The notes below the pieces were generated by a model. That model had not been told where the DNA came from. It saw only the letters and a list, made by a program, of their open reading frames with translations, and ran no database searches. Shown in pieces: positions 36,186 to 42,636 of a DNA stretch of 42,636 nucleotides. How positions within the stretch are numbered: the stretch's first letter is position 1; each line of letters begins with the position of its first letter. Origin of the DNA: a virus (lineage: Duplodnaviria; Caudoviricetes); the IMG/VR virus record IMGVR_UViG_3300033407_000046, positions 1 to 42,636 of that record. One strand, given 5' to 3'. A program made the translations under genes and the position numbers.

Positions 36186-36404
36186 ATGCCCTGGATGCTG
36201 ATCACCTGCGGCCATTGCGCCCACACCGCCGACATCAACGCTTTCTGCAGCACACCCATCGGCGGCAAGCTTCCGAAAGACATCTACCAGTGCCCGGCCT
36301 GCAACTGCGCCATCCAGCGCCGCATGGCCCCGGCCACCATCCACCCTTCCGGATGGGTAGAGCCCGGCAAGATCACCCTCGAACCCATCGCCGCCAGACT
36401 ATAA
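36186..36404 (+). CDS. Small Zn-finger protein
   Basis: CGHC...YQCPAC. AAGGAG RBS. Confidence 0.7.
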   Translation: MPWMLITCGHCAHTADINAFCSTPIGGKLPKDIYQCPACNCAIQRRMAPATIHPSGWVEPGKITLEPIAARL

Positions 36405-36413
36405 GGAGCCCCA

Positions 36414-36935
36414 ATGCCCAATCCAGCCGCAAAACCCCAACCCATGCCCACCGCCGGACAGCAAGATGTGCTGCCCGAAGTCATCGCCGATCTGCAGGCC
36501 AGAGACGCCTTCGGCGTCAAAAAATACGGCACCACCCTGCAGACCCGCAACGGCCGCGATCCGCTCATGGACGCCTATCAAGAAAGCCTCGATCAGGCCA
36601 TGTATCTCAAACAGGCCATCCTTGAGCGCAACAACCCGGCGCCAACCTACAACTGGCCGAAAACCATCTTCGTCAGCCGCAACACCCTCATCGACCAACT
36701 TGCCCACATCCTCAGCGAGGTAGACGAGATCACTCAGCTCGGGCCGCCAGTCACCACGCCCCTGCTCCACATGGAGCTCGCCGACCTGCACCACAGTTTA
36801 GAGACCCTCTGGCAAATCCTCGAACGCCAGGCAGGACAGGATTATGTCGCCGCAATATTCCAGGCCGTCGAGGAAAAAAACCGGGTTCGCGGGTATTACG
36901 ACCTGGAAGGGTTTGGCGAGATCGAAATTATTTAA
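36414..36935 (+). CDS. MazG-like (all-alpha NTP pyrophosphatase) two-domain protein
   Basis: GVKKYGTTL..YQESLDQAMYL and SEVDE..ELADL..KNRVRGYY. Confidence 0.6.
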   Translation: MPNPAAKPQPMPTAGQQDVLPEVIADLQARDAFGVKKYGTTLQTRNGRDPLMDAYQESLDQAMYLKQAILERNNPAPTYNWPKTIFVSRNTLIDQLAHILSEVDEITQLGPPVTTPLLHMELADLHHSLETLWQILERQAGQDYVAAIFQAVEEKNRVRGYYDLEGFGEIEII

Positions 36936-36957
36936 CGCTTGAGATCCTATAACCCTT
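36930..36957 (-). repeat. attC: Internally deleted attC remnant (attC0)
   Basis: TAACGCTTGAGATC is identical to the start of attC3, then TAACCCT is complementary to AGGGTTA at the cassette end. Confidence 0.6.
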
Positions 36958-36975
36958 TACGAGTGGAGGTTGCAA

Positions 36976-37158
36976 GTGACGAAAGAAAATATTCCCGGCA
37001 AGGTTGAGATGCTCGATGCACCTGAACTGAATCAGGACGTGGTGAGAATTACTGAGGAGATTCTTAGGCAGAATGCAGAAATTATCAAGATGAATGGCCG
37101 GTTGCTTGCTGTGTTGTCTGCCGCTTCGCAATTCGTAGTCTGGCGCGAAGAGGGTTAA
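36976..37158 (+). CDS. Cassette A: small hypothetical protein
   Basis: GGAGG RBS. Stop TAA lies in the core site. Confidence 0.65.
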   Translation: MTKENIPGKVEMLDAPELNQDVVRITEEILRQNAEIIKMNGRLLAVLSAASQFVVWREEG

Positions 37159-37217
37159 CGACTGAGGTCAAGGGCTCGGCGCAGTTTGCCGAGTCCGCTT
37201 GCAGCGATTGGTTAAAC
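37153..37217 (-). repeat. attC: attC1
   Basis: Minus strand: GTTTAAC-CAATC-GCTGCAAG...CTTGACC-TCAGTC-GTTAACC. Confidence 0.9.
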
Positions 37218-37241
37218 GGCGCTTTTCATCCGGAGACGAAT

Positions 37242-37547
37242 ATGAAAACGATAAAACTCGCAGAATTTTTAAAAGAGGCAGAGGCTCGTTTCGGCGGGGC
37301 AACTCATAAATGGAAATTTGTTTGCCCGAGTTGCAAGACGGCGCAAAGCGCAGAGGATATGGTTGCCGCTGGCGTGAGCAAGGAGGATGTTGGCAGGTAC
37401 GTCGGATTTTCATGCGTGGGTAGATTCAACAAGGGGAAAACCGGCTGTGACTGGACTCTCGGAGGACTGTTCCGGATACACGAACTGGAGATTGAGGACG
37501 AAAGCGGCAAAATGCACCCGCATTTCGACCTGGCAGAAGCCGTTTAA
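37242..37547 (+). CDS. Cassette B: Cys-rich phage protein (VVA0879-like)
   Basis: WKFVCPSC..QS, FSCVGRF, GCDWTLGGLF. Confidence 0.8.
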   Translation: MKTIKLAEFLKEAEARFGGATHKWKFVCPSCKTAQSAEDMVAAGVSKEDVGRYVGFSCVGRFNKGKTGCDWTLGGLFRIHELEIEDESGKMHPHFDLAEAV

Positions 37548-37600
37548 CACTTGAGGTCAAGGGCTCGCGTAGCGAGTCCGCTTGCAGCGATTGGTTATGT
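37542..37600 (-). repeat. attC: attC2
   Basis: Same L/R boxes as attC1 with a shorter loop (59 bp). Confidence 0.9.
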
Positions 37601-37626
37601 GGCGAGGGTGCCACGAAGGAGAGAGT

Positions 37627-38079
37627 ATGGAACTGACAAAAGAGACATTTGAGGACTTCGTGAACCGCCTCCGTTATCACAATAAAGGTGAAGGCGTGAA
37701 TGACCATTGCACACGTGACCCTATTTTCATCGTGCAGAGTCGCAAGCGCGTGTATGGGTTCGACCAGCAATACGAAGGTGATTACGTTTGGTGCGATACG
37801 GCCAACGAACATGACGAAGCGGACGCACTCATGGCCAAAAGGCTCGATGTTCTGGATGATGGCGGAAGGGAAACCGGCAAGTGGGAGAAAGTTTACTATG
37901 TTGACCGGTGGGATTACGTTTGCTCCCACTTCACCAAAGAGGCAGCGTCTACGTTCATTGATCGCAAAAAGCACGACCACCACGAACTCCGCATTTATGT
38001 TGACTGTCAGCTTTACTGTTGGGAGTACAACGCAATTATTAACGGGCTGTTGGACGGGAAAATAACGTTCAACGGGTAG
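37627..38079 (+). CDS. Cassette C: hypothetical phage protein
   Basis: TRDPIFIVQ..HFTKEAA..RKKHD..LRIYV. AAGGAG RBS. Confidence 0.8.
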   Translation: MELTKETFEDFVNRLRYHNKGEGVNDHCTRDPIFIVQSRKRVYGFDQQYEGDYVWCDTANEHDEADALMAKRLDVLDDGGRETGKWEKVYYVDRWDYVCSHFTKEAASTFIDRKKHDHHELRIYVDCQLYCWEYNAIINGLLDGKITFNG

Positions 38080-38081
38080 CC

Positions 38082-38136
38082 ACATAACGCTTGAGATCAC
38101 GGGCGCGAAGCGTCCGCGTGGATCGACTGGTTCTAA
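38082..38136 (-). repeat. attC: attC3
   Basis: Minus strand: TTAGAAC-CAGTC-GATCCACG...CGTGATC-TCAAGC-GTTATGT. Confidence 0.9.
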
Positions 38137-38178
38137 AGGGTTTTTGCGCTCTGGCGAAGCCAGATAAGGATTTTGATT

Positions 38179-39030
38179 ATGGGTTTATTCGAGACAACAG
38201 AAGAAGAGCTTTACCTGATTGCCATAAGCCGGCCCCTGGAAGAGAAGATTGAACAGGCTATATCTCTTATCCATGTGATGGAAAGCCAAGCGTTGAAATT
38301 ATCTGATGATGGCTTTTACGTCTGCTTTTCTGGCGGTAAAGACAGTATTGTTATGGCTAAACTGTTCGAGTTGGCCGGTGTTAAATATGATCTACATTAC
38401 AACAATGTGACAATCGATCCGCCTGAACTGGTCCGCTTCATCAAGCGGGAATACCCTCACGCAGAATGGCATTCTGTCGGCAAGCACCTGATTAACTACA
38501 TGGCCGAAGCCAAGGTTTGCGGGCCACCAACACGCCGAATTCGCTGGTGTTGCGAAATTTACAAAGAACAGGGGGGCATTGATAAATTCCGGGCAATAGG
38601 GGTGAGGGCTGAAGAATCTGTCAGGCGTAAGGGGTTATGGAGGCAGATTACCACTGACAGGAAAACTAAAAAGCCCATTTTGTGCCCTATTTTATATTGG
38701 ACAGATGCTGATATTTGGGCATTCATCGGACAACAAAAAATGGCCTATTGCGGCCTCTACGATGAGGGCTTTTCTCGGCTCGGCTGTGTTGGTTGCCCGA
38801 TGGGAGGGCCTAAAGGGCAAGCCCGAGATTTTGCCCGATGGCCCAAATATGAGGCCATGTGGAAACGTGGATTCCAAAGGTATTGGGACAAATACAAAGG
38901 CGTTCCGAAGCGGAACGGTGAACCTCGGGCAATCGAGAAATTCCCGACAGTTGACGATCTATGGGACTGGTGGACCAGCGGCAAAGCCTACGAAGGCAAC
39001 AAACCGGATTGCCAACTGTGGCTGTGGTAG
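38179..39030 (+). CDS. Cassette D: PAPS reductase family protein
   Basis: FSGGKDS PP-loop, RWCC, GVRAEES, RLGCVGCP. Confidence 0.9.
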   Translation: MGLFETTEEELYLIAISRPLEEKIEQAISLIHVMESQALKLSDDGFYVCFSGGKDSIVMAKLFELAGVKYDLHYNNVTIDPPELVRFIKREYPHAEWHSVGKHLINYMAEAKVCGPPTRRIRWCCEIYKEQGGIDKFRAIGVRAEESVRRKGLWRQITTDRKTKKPILCPILYWTDADIWAFIGQQKMAYCGLYDEGFSRLGCVGCPMGGPKGQARDFARWPKYEAMWKRGFQRYWDKYKGVPKRNGEPRAIEKFPTVDDLWDWWTSGKAYEGNKPDCQLWLW

Positions 39031-39048
39031 GTTTTGCGCGAAAAGACT

Positions 39049-39113
39049 TTAGAACGGCTGAGGTCAAGGGCTCGGCGCAGTTTGCCGAGTCCGCTTGCAG
39101 CGATTGGTTCGGC
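39049..39113 (-). repeat. attC: attC4
   Basis: Body is 54/55 identical to attC1. Confidence 0.9.
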
Positions 39114-39138
39114 GGCGCTTTTACCACGGAGACGGGAT

Positions 39139-39321
39139 ATGGCCAGAGTTGAAAGAGCTAAATGCCACAATTGTGAACACCGGTGGATGGTGGATATTGA
39201 CCCAGAGGGCGATTATGGGTGTTACCGGATTCACGGGTGCAAAAAGCCGAAGAAACAGAAATTTAAGGGGAAGGCGGCATGGTATGCCGGGTCACCTTGC
39301 CCTGACTTTCAACCATTTTAG
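39139..39321 (+). CDS. Cassette E: small Cys-rich protein
   Basis: CHNC..C..CPDF. GGAG RBS. Confidence 0.65.
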   Translation: MARVERAKCHNCEHRWMVDIDPEGDYGCYRIHGCKKPKKQKFKGKAAWYAGSPCPDFQPF

Positions 39322-39327
39322 CAAGCT

Positions 39328-39460
39328 GCAGAACGCTTTAGCTAACGGGCTTGCGGCCCAAGAGGTAGACAGATGCAACCATGGCAAAAAGACCCTTTAG
39401 GCGTAGAAAAACCGCAAAATACCGAGTGTAGCAAGTCCGCCGTTGAGCGACTGGTTAGCC
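39328..39460 (-). repeat. attC: attC5 (long, 133 bp)
   Basis: Minus strand: GGCTAAC-CAGTC-GCTCAACG...CGTTAGC-TAAAGC-GTTCTGC. Confidence 0.85.
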
Positions 39461-39612
39461 AACCTGCCCCAACAACTATACGAGCGCTAAATGACATGGC
39501 GACCATTTGCCGGGAAGCTCTGATTACTGTGCGCATGGACCCCGCATGGCACACCTCATTAGATGAGCAAACGAAAAACGATGTTGTTAAGGCATTGCGC
39601 CTGATTGGATAA
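39373..39612 (+). CDS. Cassette F: small protein starting inside the attC5 loop
   Basis: GAGG RBS and ATG lie in the loop. Stop TAA lies in the next core site. Confidence 0.55.
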   Translation: MQPWQKDPLGVEKPQNTECSKSAVERLVSQPAPTTIRALNDMATICREALITVRMDPAWHTSLDEQTKNDVVKALRLIG

Positions 39613-39669
39613 CGGGCCTGCGGGTAAACCGCGACCGTAGGGAGTCGGATTTTGACCCGCTGGTTATCT
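39607..39669 (-). repeat. attC: attC6
   Basis: Minus strand: AGATAAC-CAGCG-GGTCAAA...TTTACC-9 nt-GTTATCC. Confidence 0.75.
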
Positions 39670-39690
39670 GGCGGGTGATCGGAGAGACCA

Positions 39691-39873
39691 ATGGACATCG
39701 TAATGGACTGCAACGAGGTGGTAACCATCCATTTTACGAAAGGCAGAAATGAGCCGGGCGCTATTATTACCATCGCTCAGGGTATGCCCGGCCTCGGAAA
39801 TGTCGAGATCAAAGGAGAGACTAAGACGGTCAATTACAGGGTCGTCAAGGGATCTATTGAGGAAGCTAAGTGA
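39691..39873 (+). CDS. Cassette G gene 1: hypothetical protein
   Basis: GGAG RBS. Confidence 0.6.
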   Translation: MDIVMDCNEVVTIHFTKGRNEPGAIITIAQGMPGLGNVEIKGETKTVNYRVVKGSIEEAK

Positions 39874-40025
39874 GGCTCATAGTTTCCACTATTTCGCTCG
39901 TTGCGGCGAACTTCATCTATCAGTATTTCGCGGGACACCTCTGGGACGTCGCCGTTGAACGGTCACTATTCGAGGTCACTGCAATTTTTACAGTTTGGGT
40001 GAACGGATCGGTTCAATCCAGATAA
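39870..40025 (+). CDS. Cassette G gene 2: 51-aa membrane protein (not in the ORF track)
   Basis: GTGA overlap. MRLIVSTISLVAANFIYQYFAG...VQSR, stop in the core site. Confidence 0.55.
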   Translation: MRLIVSTISLVAANFIYQYFAGHLWDVAVERSLFEVTAIFTVWVNGSVQSR

Positions 40026-40056
40026 CAAGGCTTATACAGACCCCCCCCTATATAAC
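40020..40056 (-). other. attI/attG-like recipient site
   Basis: Core G|TTATCT with no attC hairpin, and a second GTTATAT 30 bp upstream on the minus strand. Confidence 0.55.
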
Positions 40057-40080
40057 CCCATATCTTAATTCGCGGAGCGG

Positions 40081-40269
40081 ATGCCAACGATGGAACAAAA
40101 ACCGATTACAGCAAAAACGATAGGCGAACTGCGTGATGCGCTGGACAAGATTATCCAGGAGCATGGGCCAGACTTCGAGTGGAACGGGTTCGATGATGAA
40201 TCGATTTATATTTATTCGAAACATGATGGCCCCGGGGAATCGTTCGAGATTCGGCCTCGTGGCGTTTAG
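40081..40269 (+). CDS. Small hypothetical protein
   Basis: GGAG RBS, KTIGELRDAL. Confidence 0.6.
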   Translation: MPTMEQKPITAKTIGELRDALDKIIQEHGPDFEWNGFDDESIYIYSKHDGPGESFEIRPRGV

Positions 40270-40295
40270 CCTTTGACAAAAGGACCGCCTTTAAC

Positions 40296-41045
40296 ATGAC
40301 CGACCGCACCCAACAACTCATGGACGTCGCCAGCCCGCACGAAAAAGCCGAGCTGGCCACCATGCACAACGCCGTCATCCAGTGCATGCAGGCCTACAAA
40401 AAAGCCAGCACCGCCACCAACAAACGCGACTGGGACGCCGCGCGCAACGGCCTGCACGACGTTGTCGAACGCCTCTGGCCGGTCTACTTCCCCGCCGAGG
40501 CCGCCGCCGATCCCGAGGTATTCGAGCAGCAAAAGGCCGCTCTCGCCTGGCTGCACAACCGCTTCGGCAAACCGTACCCGTCCGCCGGCAAATTCTCCCA
40601 GGACATCCGCGACGGCCTCTGTCGCCAGCAGGAAAACCGCACCATCCTGCGCAAAGAGCTCAAAAAATACGCCGAGATCATCGCCCACGACAAAAAAGCC
40701 GCCAACCTCTCAGCCGACAAAGCCGCCCAGCGCGAAGACCTCGAAATCGAAAAACTCCAGTTAGAGGTCGCCAAACGCAAAATGGAAAACCGCAAAGAAG
40801 ATAAAAACTGGATTGCCCGCGATATCGTCTTCGAACGCGAAGGCGCCCTGGTCGGCCAGATCATGGGCGAGGCCCGCCACCACCTCGGCCGCTCCGTGCC
40901 CGCCCTCATCCACGCCGCCAAGGGCGAGCTAGAACGCACCCCCGAAATAAAAAAGATCCTCGAAGAAGCCCTTTTCGATGCCTTTCGCGCCATGTACGAA
41001 TCTGGAGAAATCGACATGACCTTCCTCGACGAAGAAGCCGAATGA
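40296..41045 (+). CDS. terS: Putative terminase small subunit
   Basis: Overlaps the terL start. Coiled coil EIEKLQLEVAKRKME..WIAR. Confidence 0.7.
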   Translation: MTDRTQQLMDVASPHEKAELATMHNAVIQCMQAYKKASTATNKRDWDAARNGLHDVVERLWPVYFPAEAAADPEVFEQQKAALAWLHNRFGKPYPSAGKFSQDIRDGLCRQQENRTILRKELKKYAEIIAHDKKAANLSADKAAQREDLEIEKLQLEVAKRKMENRKEDKNWIARDIVFEREGALVGQIMGEARHHLGRSVPALIHAAKGELERTPEIKKILEEALFDAFRAMYESGEIDMTFLDEEAE

Positions 41046-42636
41046 TGCAACCCGCCCTGACCGCCGACATCTTCGCCCAGCCGCTGCCCGACTTCTTTCC
41101 CGAGTCGCTGCGCCGCGCCTGCGCTGGCAAGCAGATCCGCTACACCCTGCCCCGGGCCGTGCGCGAGCGCATGCAGGTACCCGAAGACCTCACCGTCAGC
41201 CAGTGGGCCGAAAAGCACCGCCGCGTCACCGAGATCGACGCCCAGCCCGGCCGCTGGCGACAAGACCTCGTCCCCCACACCAAAAAGCTCATGGACTTTA
41301 TCAGCCTGCCCTGGGTCCGCGAGGTCTGGCTGTGCATGGTCGAGCGCGCCGGGAAAACCCAGGTGCTGCTCAACGCCGCCATGTGGCAGATCGACCGCGG
41401 TATCGACTCCGGCAACGTCTTCTGGCTCATGCCCAGCGAAAACGAAGCCAAGAAAGCCCTCGGCGAGCGCATCATTCCCGCCCTCAAGGCCAGCCCGCGC
41501 ACCGCCCGTCTGCTGTCCCGCTACGCCGACGACACCTCCCGCTCCCTGGTGCGCTGCAACCACGGCCCGCGCCTGATCCCCGCCTGGTCCAACAGCCCGG
41601 CCTCTTTGTCCTCGTTTTACGGCAAACTGCGCATCGGCGACGAAATCGACAAAAACGCCGACCGCTCCGGCGGCGAAACCGATTCCATCACCCTGCTCAA
41701 AAAACGCGGCCGCGACAGCGACGACTCCAAACTGTTGCTGGCTAGCACCCCGGCCGGGAAATTTATTTACAAGGGCATGCTCGCCGCCCAGCAGGTCTGG
41801 GCCTACCATAGCCGCTGCCCGCACTGTCGCGAGTTTGTCCTCATGGATGCCGAGCATTTCGTCATCCCCAAGGGTGCCACCGTCGAGAGCGTCAAGCACG
41901 GCGAGCACTCCGTTGTCTACGACTGCAACGCCTGCGGGGTCGAGTGGGACGAAGCTGATCGCGCCGAAGCCTACCAGGCCGGGGACTTTGTCGCCATCAA
42001 AGGGGCCGACGTTGAACGCCCCGAATCCATCGGCGCGCACATGCCAGCCTTCCCCCTGCCCAACATCAAGATGGCCGAAATCGGCGCCGCCATCGTCCGC
42101 GCCCGCTCCGGAGATCTCGCCGCCTTGATGGACCTGGCCCACGGCTACAAGGCCATCGATTACACCGCCGAAACCAAAGACCGCCAGGAAGACACCATCC
42201 TCCTGCTGCGCGACGACCGCCCCGCCGGAGTCGTGCCCACCTGGACCGACGCCCTGGAGATCAGCATCGACACCCAGGACAACGGTTTCTGGTACCGCAT
42301 CCGCGCCTGGCGCTACGGCATCGACCTAAAAAGCGCCCTCGTCAAAGCCGGATACGTGCCCAGCGCCTGCGCCAGCGACTTTACTTCCCTCGATGCCCTC
42401 ATCGCCGCCGAATACCCCGACGAAAACGGCGAGCCCCACCGCATCATGGCCGGCATCATCGACAGCGCAGGCCACCGCACCGGCGAGGTATACGCCTGGT
42501 GCCGCACCAGCGGAGTCCTGCCCGCCAAAGGAGCCCAGGGCCGCAAGACCCAACCCGTCACCGTCAGCCGCATCGATCGCTACCCCGGCAACAACAAGCC
42601 GATCCCCGGCGGCCTCAACCTCTACCACATCGACAC
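41042..42636 (+). CDS. terL: Terminase large subunit (GpA family), N-terminal part, about 652 aa in total
   Basis: VSQWAEKHR..PGRW, RAGKTQ, GDEIDK, ASTP, CPHC, IDTQD, IDSAG. Open to the window end. Confidence 0.93.
   Translation, partial: MMQPALTADIFAQPLPDFFPESLRRACAGKQIRYTLPRAVRERMQVPEDLTVSQWAEKHRRVTEIDAQPGRWRQDLVPHTKKLMDFISLPWVREVWLCMVERAGKTQVLLNAAMWQIDRGIDSGNVFWLMPSENEAKKALGERIIPALKASPRTARLLSRYADDTSRSLVRCNHGPRLIPAWSNSPASLSSFYGKLRIGDEIDKNADRSGGETDSITLLKKRGRDSDDSKLLLASTPAGKFIYKGMLAAQQVWAYHSRCPHCREFVLMDAEHFVIPKGATVESVKHGEHSVVYDCNACGVEWDEADRAEAYQAGDFVAIKGADVERPESIGAHMPAFPLPNIKMAEIGAAIVRARSGDLAALMDLAHGYKAIDYTAETKDRQEDTILLLRDDRPAGVVPTWTDALEISIDTQDNGFWYRIRAWRYGIDLKSALVKAGYVPSACASDFTSLDALIAAEYPDENGEPHRIMAGIIDSAGHRTGEVYAWCRTSGVLPAKGAQGRKTQPVTVSRIDRYPGNNKPIPGGLNLYHID
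42511..42636. repeat. Terminal direct repeat, copy 2
   Basis: Identical to 14-139. Confidence 0.95.

Larger units (their letters stand above)
36930..40056 (-). mobile_element. Integron-type gene cassette array without intI (7 cassettes)
   Basis: Six intact attC sites, one deleted attC, complementary core sequences at the two ends of each cassette, lower GC than the backbone. Confidence 0.85.

Noticed and set aside
37153-39669. CRISPR array interpretation of the repeated elements
   Set aside because: Intervening segments are 150-900 bp and contain ORFs, the repeats have attC anatomy, and there are no cas genes

Overview
The window looks like a complete, circularly permuted temperate siphophage genome of about 42.5 kb. 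Positions 14-139 repeat as 42511-42636, and the GpA-type terminase large subunit reads across that junction. Modules in order: (1) an accessory block between terL and the head genes (PLD-like, ParB-like, SAM methyltransferase-like and radical SAM genes, then a separately promoted small-gene operon); (2) lambda-type portal and a protease-capsid fusion; (3) lysis genes; (4) non-contractile tail genes; (5) attP carrying the 3' half of tRNA-Phe(GAA) next to a tyrosine integrase; (6) a CI/Cro switch; (7) early genes, a primase-helicase and an iteron origin; (8) terS/terL. The most notable feature is at 36.9-40.06 kb: an integron-type array of seven gene cassettes with six intact attC sites, one internally deleted attC and an attI-like end site. 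The attC sites read canonically on the minus strand while every cassette gene is on the plus strand, and I see no integron integrase in the phage. Protein calls come from motif recognition and gene order only; no database searches were run.
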